Positions 47,206 through 59,750 of a DNA stretch of 64,000 nt are shown here, piece by piece. The notes below the pieces were generated by a model. That model was given only the letters and a program-made list of their open reading frames with translations, was not told the DNA's origin and did not search any database. The stretch spans positions 372,001 to 436,000 of the forward strand of contig OW569351.1 of assembly GCA_937625935.1 (NCBI GenBank), written 5' to 3'. The translations under genes were made by a program, and so were the position numbers. The DNA comes from Tetramitus jugosus (taxonomy: Eukaryota; Protista; Heterolobosea). How positions within the stretch are numbered: position 1 is the first letter of the stretch; each line of letters opens with the position of its first letter.

Positions 47206-49981
47206 TTATCTATCAAGTTCGAAACGAATAAATTTGGTCATTTGAAGCGCTGCATCACTGTAGACGTGCGTTGGAAGGACAGTAGACATCTCCAAGAACA
47301 CAGAGCCCTCCTTCACAGTCACTGAAAATCCCAAGAGGTGAACACGTGACAACACGCGTTGAACCATGTCTTGATTCTGAATAATGGCATTTGCCAACTT
47401 CAGTTGACTGTCCAAGGGAATTTCTATCCGGTCAATCGATGTTCCAGATCTTCTTCCAACCTCTAACGATAAAAATACAAGAATCAATGGTACCCAATTG
47501 AAGAGTGTGGGTTGAATTTCATGACGTGGAACATCTCCAATCTCCTTCTCAATAGCCCTTTCAAATGCTTTGGTAATCGAGTAATTTGAAATGAACACAC
47601 CATCTCCATTCTTGAGTGAAGGATCCAAATCTGTGCGACGATTCGAGAATGAAAAGAAGTTGTTTAGTAATTATGGTTCGACTTGGACAACAAACACCTT
47701 TCAGAATTAACATACCTTCGATAAAGTTCAAAAATCCCTCGTAGAATGTAATCAGATGTGACACTGGATGCAATCTCACACTGTCATCCTTCCAGTCGTT
47801 AATATACTTGAATTGCGAATGATGATTTCGTATTTTGGACCTGATGAACACATAGGTCTCAACAGGTGTAGCATCTTCAGCACCAGGTTGCCATTCATTG
47901 TCCTCCTGGGCATCTTTATCTGTGTAGCCTCCACTCTTCTCCTTCTCGGCTCTTCTGTTAGCTGCTCTGTGTTGTCTAATTTCTAACAAGAGAACTTCTC
48001 TGAGACAAGACAACACCTCAATCTTCTTGGTCACAGTCTTATTTCTCAACAAATCTTCGAAAAGAGAGATGGATTTGGCATACGGTTGTTTGGCCTCAAT
48101 AGAATCAGCAGGTGGCAAAAACTTTGGACTGACACCGAATTGCTCTGGCATACAACTCTGCAAGCTGTCCAACTTTTGATTGATCAACAAATCCTTTTCT
48201 TGATAAGTAGCCTCGTACAAAGCGAAGAAAGTGTCACATAGCTTTCTGTGCACATATGCTGCAATAAAAGGCTCGCATTCCGAATAACATGATCGCTGCA
48301 ATGTAACCAATTCCTTCTCTGTCAGATCAGAGTTCAAAACTGTCTTGTATCGAGGTGGATTTACTGGACTCTTGTTTTTCTTTGTTGCCGGAGTGTCCTT
48401 GGAGTGTTCAATCATCTCCTCGAACATGTTGGTAAAATATTGCCAAATCTCATCAAAAAGGAAAGTGATGAAAGATTTCACATCTTCAATCGCATAGTGC
48501 ATTGTTGCTTGATGATTCTTCATTTGAACTTGACCAGAATTTGAATAGTAGGTGCCGTGGAATGCTGATAAGAAGAACTCAACCGCTGATTTGAAAAACA
48601 TTTGAGATTCGTCCAGATCCTTACTGCCATCGAGCAATACAAACACACACTTTTTAAAATCTTCCAAAGTTTTCAACTGAGAACAGAATGAATCAGCTAA
48701 AAGTTCTTGCTCTCCCTTGGCGACACTCTCGTGAATCACCTTGAATTGCTTCCACTTGAGTGAGTAAGATGGAGGTGTTGTTGAATCCTCTTGGAATCCA
48801 TATGTCTTGGTCATGTATCCTGCATTGAACTGATTTCGCAACTCGTTTGTAATCTCCTGTTTCATCTGATAGAGTGCAGTTGGAGAACACTTTTTGCATG
48901 TTCCCTTGTCAAATACTGCCTTGTCCACAGAGTTACCATTCCACTCACCTGACACATTGTCTCCATTGGGCCAGTACATGGTACCCTTTCCTTTGCGCAC
49001 ACCAAGCAAGAATGTTCCTTGAAACCTTTAGAAGACAAAAAGAACAACAGTACAACAATACACATACATGCACAATAGTAAACGAGCAAGTTAGACTCTC
49101 TGTCAATTGATCCACACTACAACAAGCAAAACGAACGAAAAAGCACGTACATTGTTCCATCATAATAGATAAAAGTACCATGACCATGGAACTTTCCTTC
49201 CTTCCATCCTCCAAAATAACGATTCTTGTTCGAAAACACTTGCACACCATATCCGTCCTTCATATTGTTCACAAACGAGCCAAAGTATCGATCATTTGGC
49301 TTGCAGTACAACTCACCTTCCTTTGTCTTATGGAAATCATTAATGTCCAAAATATCAAAATCCGATTTGGATTGATCAAGCTCTATATAGCCCCAATACT
49401 CGTAATTATTCTCGCAAGTAATCTTCCATTGAATGTTCGGCTTGGGCAGTCCGTCCAACCACTCACCAATCACTACCCACGATGACTTCTTCTTATCACT
49501 CGAATGATAGATTAATTTTCCGAATCCACATCGCTTACCATTCTCAAAGTCACCCTCATAGCATGATCCTGTTCACGAAATATTATTATTCGCATTTACA
49601 CATTCATTCACATGCATTATGCATTGAAATTGCAAAATTGTGTGTGTGTGAGACAAATGGAACAAAAAACACAACATTTTGGGCCCACCAGGTGTTTTCA
49701 ACAACAAAAAACTGCACAAATCAAGAAAGCATACCATTGGGATAGAGCAATGTGCCTGACCCATGAAACGTCTCAGAGTTCAATACACAAGTTCCAGTAT
49801 ATTCAAAATCACCCTTGTTCGTACTGAATTTGATCGTTTTGTGTTCAACGGCTGCGGAAGGTGAAGTCAATCCGGCCAATCCATTCTTTCTGCGTTGTAA
49901 GCTACTGGCTGACATAAAATCATCGTCGCATGACGTTTCTCTTTGACTGGTCAGCTTGAACAAACTACCTAACTTGAACAT
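47206..49981 (-). CDS. MORN-repeat + VPS9-domain protein (alsin-like Rab5 GEF architecture)
   Basis: Four exons join in frame (introns 49569-49734, 49026-49150, 47631-47715); N-terminal MORN repeats; VPS9-like PYAKSI..KKIEVL..PGAEDATPVETYVFIRS..QFKYI. Confidence 0.8.
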
Positions 49982-50300
49982 TTTTTTCTCACAGGTGAGG
50001 TGGTACAAAAGCAGTTGACTTTGTTTTGAGTGTGAGTTTTTCGTCTCTTTGGTATTTGAGTTGCAATTGGTGCTCAATGATATGAAAGGTGAGATTTTCT
50101 GCTGCAGGGGAACTTGCCGGAGAATTCGGACAACTTCTAGTTTGGCGCCAACCATTCAGAATTTGTCCTCCCATATGTTATTCTTTTTTTATGTCATCGC
50201 GGCTCATTTCTACGGATCTTGCTGAGAGAGAACATCACTCGAAGAAAACCAAACACACACAACAAACAGCAGCAGCAACAGCAGCAACACTGAACAATAA

Positions 50301-51734
50301 ATGCAAAATCTCATTGACCAAGGCAACCAATTATTCCGAAAAGGTGACTTTCACAGTGCCATCACTCAATATACTCTTGCGCTTCTTGAATATCAAGAAC
50401 CATCATCATCGTCATCGTCGGAAGCACTGAGAGCACTGACCAATCGCGCTCAGTGCTACATTTCCCTGTCTCAACACAACCATGCCATCAATGATTGCTT
50501 GCTTGTTTTGAATCACTATGACAGAACACATGCCAAAACACTGTATCGATTGATCAAGTCCTATGAATCATTGCACATGAATTCGATGGCCATTTATTTT
50601 ATCTTGTTGGCAGAGTACTACCATCCATTGAGCAGTGAATTTGCAATGTTGAGACGTTCATTGGAAGCATCTTCAATGTTCATGTCACTCAATCACATGA
50701 TACAGTCAATGACTGCCATTTGTAATCACTATGTTCGATCGACGCATCAACTCAAGAATATTGAGCATGAGAGGTATCATGATACTTGGCAATTGGAAGA
50801 TTATTTTGATCGTGAGAATGATTTTAGAAAGTTTGATGTACCGTGTCCGTCCAATCTCTTTGTCAAGACAGAGGGATTGATCGAGAGAGAGTCACAGTAC
50901 ATGGATGAACTGAGAGCAAAGATTGAGAGAGATAAGGGAGTGGTGCGGGATGAGTCGGAATTTGATCGATTGAATCAATTGTCTTCGATTTATACGATTG
51001 AATCACATGTGTCCAACGATGTGATCAATAGCAACAGTAGTGGTAGTAATGTTTTGGAACAAATGGGATTGGCACTGTATTACAAGTACGCTCAGGGAAC
51101 CAAGAGATCCAACGGTTTTCCAAACGCACTGTTCGCCATGTGCTTGGCTCAAGTTTTGAAAACAGGAAGACAAATCTACATGCTGACAAGTGCACCAGAA
51201 ACAACACAATTGCCAATAGATGATAAACAACTGAATCCACCTGTAGGAGCCATGAAGCGAGTGGTATCTGTTGGATTAAAGTGCGGTAATGTGAGATGCA
51301 AGAGCACGACATGGTACGCAATTGCTAGAGGTAGTGTTGTTGTGAGAGACTATGATCCACACAGCTGGGTGTGCATCAAGTTGGCCAATGTTGATTCAGA
51401 TGAGGTGACTGATGAGTTGAACATTGATTTCATGGCTGCACAATTCGGCTACTATTCTGTGCATAGACAGAGTCGTTTACCATTGAGGCTGTTTACCAAC
51501 GAAATGAATCAATTCGAAGAACAATCATCACACGAAGATCTGAGAGCAGTGTACAAGCCAAAGAGAGATCGAGTGTTTTGGGATCAGCAAGTAATCGACT
51601 ATGTCATAACAAAGTATTATGACGACTATCCAATCAGTGAGGAATCGATGCCTATATTCCAACCTATTTTGTCCAGTCTGCAACGGTTTATGGTTGACAA
51701 CAATTTCCTCCAACCAGAACATACCAACCAATAA
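50301..51734 (+). CDS. TPR protein with uncharacterised C-terminal domain
   Basis: GNQLFRKGDFHSAITQYTLAL, TNRAQCY, AINDC, KTLYR form three TPRs. Confidence 0.85.
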   Translation: MQNLIDQGNQLFRKGDFHSAITQYTLALLEYQEPSSSSSSEALRALTNRAQCYISLSQHNHAINDCLLVLNHYDRTHAKTLYRLIKSYESLHMNSMAIYFILLAEYYHPLSSEFAMLRRSLEASSMFMSLNHMIQSMTAICNHYVRSTHQLKNIEHERYHDTWQLEDYFDRENDFRKFDVPCPSNLFVKTEGLIERESQYMDELRAKIERDKGVVRDESEFDRLNQLSSIYTIESHVSNDVINSNSSGSNVLEQMGLALYYKYAQGTKRSNGFPNALFAMCLAQVLKTGRQIYMLTSAPETTQLPIDDKQLNPPVGAMKRVVSVGLKCGNVRCKSTTWYAIARGSVVVRDYDPHSWVCIKLANVDSDEVTDELNIDFMAAQFGYYSVHRQSRLPLRLFTNEMNQFEEQSSHEDLRAVYKPKRDRVFWDQQVIDYVITKYYDDYPISEESMPIFQPILSSLQRFMVDNNFLQPEHTNQ

Positions 51735-51822
51735 GATTAAAACTTGGATTCCTATGTAGTTGCGTGACATGTATTTTACAATATATTTTTGTGAGCGTTA
51801 GTTAGAGGCAACACAAGTACTC

Positions 51823-52575
51823 TTACAGTCTAATCAATGATCGATTCAATGTCTTTTTCACCACTCTGTACGTTAAACTAATTCTTCTCGATCGCTCAAT
51901 TACACTCTCATCCAGCACAATGTGACTCTCTGGACTCAGCATATCCAAATTCGCGACATGCTTCTCACGGGAAACTTTCAACTTGGTCGCATGATCAATC
52001 CTGTGCAAATAATGATGATAAGCATCACCAGTGAACACCAATAGTGATCTTGGTTCCAAAATCAGTGAAAATGGCGCTCTGTTGTCCACTACATCACCTT
52101 TTGGTTCACCTGACTCGTCCACAAAGCAAAGATCATAGGGATCAGGCGCAAACTCAATCAAAACAGTCGATTCCAAACTCAGAATGGCAACATAGGGCTC
52201 ATACACGGGTCCATCCTTGTGTGCATCAATTCCCTGACTCTCCAAATACTCATTCACCAGCACATGATTCGGTTTCTTGCTCCAAATGCGATACTTTTCA
52301 AACAATTCATCTCCAATCGGGTTCATGAGCCATTTGGGCAACGCTGAGACAAACATGCCCTTTGCATTGGGTATGCCACCATGATTCTGAAGACGTCTAT
52401 TCGATAGAACAGTCCACTTCTCCCTATAGATGCCATCCAATAGCCCTTGTTCTTGATCCTTGCTAATGTACTCTGAGATGTAGTAGACACCATCCACAGC
52501 AACACCTTGGACTTGATGTGGTGACATGAGAGATTTGAACTCTGCGTCGTTTGCGTGTTCCTCCTTGTCCAGCAT
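51823..52575 (-). CDS. ALKBH6: AlkB-family 2OG-Fe(II) dioxygenase, ALKBH6-like
   Basis: RRLQNHGG, PNHVLVNEY, HxD (HKDGP), LEPRSLL, YLHRI, RISLTYR. Confidence 0.9.
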   Translation of the reverse strand: MLDKEEHANDAEFKSLMSPHQVQGVAVDGVYYISEYISKDQEQGLLDGIYREKWTVLSNRRLQNHGGIPNAKGMFVSALPKWLMNPIGDELFEKYRIWSKKPNHVLVNEYLESQGIDAHKDGPVYEPYVAILSLESTVLIEFAPDPYDLCFVDESGEPKGDVVDNRAPFSLILEPRSLLVFTGDAYHHYLHRIDHATKLKVSREKHVANLDMLSPESHIVLDESVIERSRRISLTYRVVKKTLNRSLIRL

Positions 52576-52851
52576 TATGGGTAGTAATCTTGTTGTTTCT
52601 GCTTTTTTTCCAGAAGTCGGATCAATTTAGCTTTTGAGAAGAAGCGCCAAGACATGGAGAAGATGAAGAGCTTGCTTCAAGAGGCAGAGGGATGAGCAAG
52701 AGGAAGGAAACCCTCCAAAGAAGAGCAGAAATGAATAAATCTCGAAATCTATGGCAGACCGTCATCAAAGCAGACCAGAGTTCCTGTCCAAATACAAAAA
52801 CATGATAATGTTCATTTATTGCCTTCACACATCTAAAACAAGAGAGCGCCT

Positions 52852-54066
52852 CTAATTTTCATTCTCCATTTCATACACTTGCTGTACATCCTTGTCTCCT
52901 CTTCCAGACAAATTTACAATAATCGACTGCTCCTTGGTCAGCGTAGGTGCCAACTTAATTGCATGTGCCACTGCATGCGCACTCTCAAGTGCTGGAATAA
53001 TTCCCTCGAGCTTACACAATACGTTGAATGCTTCGAGCGCCTCCTTATCAGTCACTGACACGTACTGTGCTCTGCCAATATGTCTCAAATGACTGTGTTC
53101 TGGACCAACACCAGGATAGTCCAAACCTGCAGCAATAGAATGCGTCTCTGTTCCCTTGACGACATAGCACTTGAATCCATGGATTGTTCCTGGCTCACCT
53201 GTACACAATGGAGCTGCATGCAACCCAGTCTCCAATCCCTTACCACCTGGTTCCACACCAACGATATTCACTGAAGAATCGTTCAAGAAACCGGAGAAGA
53301 GACCAATGGCATTCGATCCACCACCGACACATGCCATGACATAATCAGGCAATGTTCCAGTCTTTTCCAAGAATTGACTCCTGGCTTCTGTTCCAATCAC
53401 AGATTGGAAGTATCGAACAATGGATGGATAAGGATGAGGACCAACAGCCGATCCCAACAAGTAAAAAGTATGTTCATAGTTTTGCATGTAGTCAACTAGA
53501 GCGGCATCGACAGCTTCTTTGAGTGTTCTCTGGCCCTCCTTGACTGCCACTACCTTGGCACCCAATAGTTCCATGCGAAACACGTTGAGAGCTTGTCTTC
53601 TTGTGTCTTCTTCGCCCATGTACACTACACACTCTAGACCAAACAGAGCACAAGCAGTAGCTGTGGCTACACCGTGTTGACCTGCTCCCGTTTCAGCAAT
53701 CACACGCTTCAATCCCATTCTTTTGGCCAAAAGAGCTTGTCCAATGACATTGTTAATCTTGTGGGAACCCGTGTGATTCAAATCTTCGCGCTTGAGGAAA
53801 ATTTTGGCGCCGCCGTAAGTTTCCGTCAACCGAGCGGCAAAATACAAAAGACTGGGGCGACCGACGTATTCCTTGAGATACGACTGGAGTTCTTGTTGGA
53901 ATTCAGAGTTGTCCTTGTAGTGCAGGAATGCTTCGTCCAACTTGTCCAGAGCTTGTTGCAATTGTGGTGGAACAAATGATCCTCCGAATTGGCCAAAGTA
54001 TCCTCTTTGTTCTTGTTGGTCTTCTTGTTGTGCTTCTTGTTGTTGTGGAGCTGAATCTTGTGTCAT
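52852..54066 (-). CDS. trpB: Tryptophan synthase beta subunit (stand-alone, bacterial-like)
   Basis: [15 protein letters not shown] (PLP lysine), [34 protein letters not shown]; intronless. Confidence 0.97.
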   Translation of the reverse strand: MTQDSAPQQQEAQQEDQQEQRGYFGQFGGSFVPPQLQQALDKLDEAFLHYKDNSEFQQELQSYLKEYVGRPSLLYFAARLTETYGGAKIFLKREDLNHTGSHKINNVIGQALLAKRMGLKRVIAETGAGQHGVATATACALFGLECVVYMGEEDTRRQALNVFRMELLGAKVVAVKEGQRTLKEAVDAALVDYMQNYEHTFYLLGSAVGPHPYPSIVRYFQSVIGTEARSQFLEKTGTLPDYVMACVGGGSNAIGLFSGFLNDSSVNIVGVEPGGKGLETGLHAAPLCTGEPGTIHGFKCYVVKGTETHSIAAGLDYPGVGPEHSHLRHIGRAQYVSVTDKEALEAFNVLCKLEGIIPALESAHAVAHAIKLAPTLTKEQSIIVNLSGRGDKDVQQVYEMENEN

Positions 54067-54330
54067 CTTTGAGAGTTGGGGTTTTGTGTTTGTTTTTTGT
54101 TGGATAATGAGTTGTAGTGAACTTTTGGAGTTTTATTGCTAACCAGAGGGAAGATGCAGGTTGAGTTCCGCCTGGCACGTTGTGTGGGAATATTCTCCCT
54201 CGGAGTTTGTTACGGAGAAAACTCTGGAATTTTCGAGTGAATGGTAGAGAAAATCCAAGGGATGTGTCGTTTCGTTGCAAGCGCAGGGTGTGCTTTGACT
54301 GGAAATGTAAATTGTAGCTCACGCGTCATT

Positions 54331-55881
54331 TTATTCCATATCCAACCATTCCAGCGAACCAACAACGAGATATTTGCTCGGTAGACTGCCCGGTGAGGGA
54401 GACAAAAGTGTAATCTCTCTTTTGTCAATGTCGACATTCGAACTGTCATCAAAAATATGGAAACAAAAGTTCGTGTTAGTATGTAATTTTACCATCATGG
54501 GTAAAGGGAAATTGCATGAAATACGTACACATAGACCAAGCCATAGAGATTCTTCAACAAAACATCGCTCTCTTTTGTGGCAAAAGAAACACCCACGATA
54601 TTGTGCTTCAATTGCAAACTCGGTTCAACAATTCTCTGAGATTGAAATGAGTATATCATCGTTAATAACTAACACTTAAATAGTAAGAAAATAAAATAAA
54701 CATGGAAACCTTACCACTTCACATGGGTCAACAGAAGATTTTTGACCAATTGGGAGTGCACTTGCTGGTGCCTTTGTTGTGCTTCCTATCCTACAGAACA
54801 CTACGTCATCGAACTTTACAATTACAGAATGAGGTGACAAAGTTCCACGAATACCATAGAAATACTCCTTGGTTCTTCTCATTCTTGTCTTACTTCTGAA
54901 ATCTTTGCTTCGGATCACGACACCTCCACTCTTTCTCAATGTTGTGACGTTGACGGGTGAGGACGATGATTCAAAATCTCTCTTGAATGAACTCGATAGC
55001 TTATCGTCTCCCATGACAAGAATGTGATCAATTTGCAACGATCTGGCAGCATGTTTCAACAAATCGTATCCCAACTTCTCTACCCAACCACAAGTGTTCA
55101 CAATAAATCCACCAGATGCAAACTCTGGACGCACTGCACTTTTCATCTTTATTACCTGGGCCATATGCTCCACAATCATACGATAATGCTTCACATTGTT
55201 AGATGGAGTAGTGTGACCATAATAGAATGCAATCGGTGCAGATGAAGTATTGAACTCTTCCAAGATATCAACAGGCTCAGTAACTTCTGCGATGGCCATC
55301 ACTCCCGGTATGGCAATCTGACCCTGTCCCACATCTAAATCAACAAACATTAGTTTGTGACCCATACGACTCGCATAATTCAGCAAGATTTTCGACAGAC
55401 TACTTTTGCCAGAGTCGGTAGGCCCTACGATCATGACTCTAGGCCCTCTCACAACATCTCTCAATGATTGTTGTGCCACGTTTCGCTCCACTGAGGAGGC
55501 AGAAGCCACGTTTACTGCACTCTTGTTTCTTTGCTCTTCCAAGCCCATGTGAACTTCCATGTATTGATTCATGGGAGTTTCACTGGCTGTATAGAAACTG
55601 CTACTGCTGCCACCAGAGCCTTGTTTGCTATTGCTGTGATCAATGATGAGCTGAATTGTTGCTCCTTGATATGTGAAACAGGCAAGCTTTGTTCCCGCCA
55701 TAAACTTGTAAGGGCGATCGACGGACAATTCAGCTCCAAAAATCTCCGCCATTCCTTGTTTGAGCAAGAGGGTGAGGTTTTCTTCAGAGGCAACTTCGAA
55801 GCGAAGTTCCTCCTGTGGTTTCAGTGTGATCATGTGAGTCGTGGTTGTTGACTCTTCATTGTTGTTGTGGGCGGGATCCAT
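54331..55881 (-). CDS. CLP1: CLP1 polynucleotide 5'-kinase / mRNA 3' processing factor
   Basis: ELRFEV, AEIFGAEL, Walker A GPTDSGKS, DLDVGQG, NTCGW, PASALPIG. Two further 3' exons missed by the ORF track (introns 54636-54714, 54443-54528) end LSPSPGSLPSKYLVVGSLEWLDME. Confidence 0.93.
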
Positions 55882-56107
55882 TTTTTTTTGTTTTTCGTTG
55901 TTGTTGTTTGATGCTCGATCTCTGCTTGTTTTTGGAGATTGTGCCGACGTCAAACGAATTTGCACCGATCAAAACCAGAAAGCGACTGTGTCGGTGTGTG
56001 ATTGTGTTTTGTTTCGTGCACGATAAAAATTTGGCATCATCACTGGAGCAAACAATTTAAAAAACAACAGCACAAGTGAAATAAAAGTTAATCAACAATA
56101 AACAGTG

Positions 56108-59100
56108 ATGAGCTTCAAGGATATCCCAGCAAACATCTCCTTCCCAAAGGAGGAAGAAAAAATCTTGGAGCTATGGAAAGAAATTGATGCTTTCCAAACT
56201 TCATTAAAGAAGAGTGAAGGCAGAAAGCCATTCTCCTTTTACGATGGACCTCCATTCGCAACTGGATTGCCTCACTATGGTCACATTTTGGCCGGAACTA
56301 TCAAGGTATGTCACCAACTACACCTCACTGTTCGCACAAACAAAAGCTTTTGTTGTTGTTTGAACCAAAAAAAACAAACACAATGGAAAAAAAACAACTC
56401 CCAACACACACATTGAAAATACTCAAACCATCTAACTTCTTTAGGATATCGTAACAAGATTTGCTCATCAAACAGGACATTATGTCGAGAGAAGATTTGG
56501 TTGGGATTGTCATGGTCTTCCCATTGAGTTTGAGATTGAAAAGGAGTTGGGTATTAAGACGAGAGAAGAAGTGTTGAACTTTGGTATCAAGAACTATAAT
56601 GAAGCTTGTAGAAATATTGTCATGAAGTACGCTCATGAGTGGGAGGTCATTGTGGGAAGAACGGGCAGATGGATCGATTTTAAGAATGATTACAAGACGA
56701 TGAATTTGTCGTTTATGGAGTCTGTGTGGTGGGTTTTTAAGCAATTGTTCAACAAGGATCTCGTTTACAGAGGTTCCAGAGTCATGCCTTACTCCACTGG
56801 TTGCACCACTGCATTGTCAAACTTTGAAGCTGGTCAGAACTACAAGGATGTCAGTGATCCTGCATTGACTGTCATGTTTCCATTGGACGAAGACCCAGAT
56901 GTCAAGTTGATTGCCTGGACAACGACTCCATGGACTCTGCCGTCCAATTTGGCTCTCTGTGTCAATCCAGACATGGACTATATTAAGATTAGAGATAAGG
57001 CGACCGGTAATGTCTATATTTTGATGGAAGCAAGAATCGAGCAATTGTACACAAAGAAACAAAAGGACAAGTATGAAGTCTTGGAAAAGTTCAAGGGAAG
57101 TACACTGGTCGGCAAGACCTATCAGCCATTGTTTGACTATTTTGCTCATTTTAAGGCTGAAGGTGCATTCAGAGTTGTTTCTGATTTGTATGTGACTGCT
57201 GAGAGCGGTACCGGTGTCGTTCATCAGGCACCTGGTTTTGGTGATGACGATTATCGTGTCTGTTTGTCCAATGGCATCATTACCCAAAAGAGTGACATTC
57301 CTTGTCCAATTGATCCAAGCGGAAGATTTACGAGTCAAGTTCGAGACTACCAAGGCGTCTATGTCAAGGATGCCGATGAGCAGATTGCCAAGGATATCAA
57401 GGACAAGTTGAACAGATTGGTCAAGAAGGAAACCATTGTTCACAGTTATCCATTCTGTTGGAGATCTGATACTCCACTGTTGTACAGAACTGTTCCTAGC
57501 TGGTTCGTTGCTGTCACTTCCATCAAGGACAAGTTGCTAAAGAACAATGAAGCAACATACTGGGTTCCTAACTTTGTCAAGGAAAAGAGATTCCATAACT
57601 GGTTGGCTGATGCCAGAGATTGGTCTGTTTCTAGAACCAGATACTGGGGTACACCTATCCCAATCTGGGTCAGTGAAGATTTTGAAGAGATTGTTTGTAT
57701 TGGTTCTGTTGCTGAATTAGAAGAGTTGACCGGAACAAAGATTACTGATCTGCACAGAGAAAACATTGACGATCTCACTATTCCATCAAAGACTGGAAAG
57801 GCTCCATTGAGAAGAATCGAAGACGTGTTCGATTGTTGGTTCGAGAGCGGTAGCATGCCTTATGCTCAGAAACATTATCCATTCGAGAACCAGGACTCAT
57901 TCGGATCCAGCTTCCCAGCTGATTTCATTGCTGAAGGCTTGGATCAGACCAGAGGTTGGTTCTACACTTTGATGGTGCTCGGTACCGCTTTGTTCGATTC
58001 CGCTCCATTCAAGAACTTGATTGTCAACGGTCTTGTTCTAGCAAAGGACGGAAAGAAGATGAGTAAGAGACTCAAGAACTATCCTGAGGTGACTATTGTC
58101 GTCGATGATTTTGGTGCTGATGCCCTCAGATTGTACTTGATCAACTCTCCAGTTGTCCGTGCTGAACCACTCAAATTCAATGAAGAAGGTGTCAGAAATG
58201 TTGTCAAGGATGTGTTCTTGCCATGGTTCAATGCTTATCGTTTCTTCGTTCAGAATGCTCAAGCCTATCAGAAGAAGAATGGTTCCTTGTTCACTTCTGT
58301 TGAAGCTGAGAAGGTTTCCTCCAACAACACAATGGACAAGTGGATTGTTTCTTTGAGTCAATCTTTGGTCAAGTTTGTTAAGGAAGAAATGGCTGGATAC
58401 AGATTGTACACTGTTGTTCCTCAACTTGTCAAGTACATTGATCAATTGACCAACTGGTACGTTAGAATGAACAGAAAGAGACTCAAGGGAGATCAAAACG
58501 ACCGAAACGATTGGTACACTGCTCTTGCCACATTGTTCAATGTCTTGTTCATCACTATCAGAACAATGGCTCCATTCACTCCATTCTTGACTGAAATGAT
58601 GTATCAAAACTTGAAGAACGTCATTCCTGAGGATCAGAGAGAAGATTCTATTCATTACTTGATGGTTCCAGATTATGATGAATCCAAAGTTAATCTTAAC
58701 ATTGAAAGAGCAATTGAAAACATGCAAGTTGTTGTTGTCAATGGCAGAATGTTGAGAGACAAGAAGAAGATCTCATTGAGACAGCCTGTTGGCGAGTACG
58801 TTGTGTGCAATTTGGACAAGCAATTCGTTGATAATGTCAACTCCCTCGAGGAGTACATCAAACTCGAATTGAACTGCAAGGCCGTCAGAGCCATCCACGA
58901 AGTCAAGGACTTTATCAAACTGACTGCTGATGTAGACGGTGCCAAGTTGGGCAAGCGTCTCGGAGCAAAGTTGAGAGGTGTGAAGGCTGCAGTATTGAAA
59001 CTGAGTCATGACGATGTTGCCAGCTTTGTTGCCAATGGCTCTATTACTGTTGAGAATGAACTGCTCCAAACGGAAGATTTGAGAGTCATCAATGAATTCA

Positions 59101-59483
59101 AGGGAGATGTCAACAAGTACATTTCTATGGGAGAGGGAGAAGCACTCGTTATCATGGACTATATCCTCACTCCAGAGTTGATCAGAGAAGGTTTGTGCAG
59201 AGAAGTGTCCAGCCGTGTCCAACAGTTGAGAAAGACTGCTGGTTTGGTTGCAACAGACAAGGTTGATGTTTACTTCACCCAATACTCATCAGAATTGAAT
59301 GAAGTGTTTGACAAGGAGATGTCTTTGCTGGAGTCTCTTCTAGCGGGCATGAAGCTCCAAGCTGCTTCAGACGCACCAACCCAACTTGTCGTTGCCACAC
59401 AACAAGAAACAGTTTCTGCTGGTGAAGTGTCTGGTGGCTTGACCATTACCTTGGTTGGTGAGCCAGCAAGCAGAAATCAATAA
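56108..59483 (+). CDS. IARS1: Cytosolic isoleucyl-tRNA synthetase
   Basis: [49 protein letters not shown]; intron 56306-56444 with CTAAC branch point. Confidence 0.97.
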
Positions 59484-59571
59484 ATGCACTGCAAACAAAA
59501 CAAACCTTAGACTTCTAACGCCCGATGTCTCTCCACTAATAATCTCTCAGCGAAGTTAACGGAAAAAACAT

Positions 59572-59668
59572 CTCCCATACCGGGACTCGAACCCGGGTCT
59601 TCCGGGAACTTTTGCATTTCAGCTTGGAAGTGAAAGCCGGATATCCTAACCAGCTAGACTATATGGGA
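59572..59668 (-). tRNA. tRNA-Glu(TTC) with 24-nt intron (59607-59630)
   Basis: TCCCATA/TATGGGA acceptor stem; TCCGG-CTTTCA[intron]C-CCGGA anticodon arm; GTTCGAGTC T-loop; T6 terminator. Confidence 0.93.
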
Positions 59669-59750
59669 TGATATAACTATCAAAATTTCGCCAAATTTCG
59701 AGCCTGGTGGGCGTGGCTTGGGAGGGCAAAAATTCCATGAGCGTTCGTCT

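Noticed and set aside
54067-54330. T-box riboswitch carried in with bacterial trpB
   Set aside because: No T-box consensus (GGTGGNACCGCG) or terminator on the trpB strand.
39730-59668. Apparent tRNA-metabolism cluster (TLP, CLP1, IleRS, two tRNAs)
   Set aside because: Interspersed with unrelated genes on both strands, with no shared regulatory evidence; likely chance.
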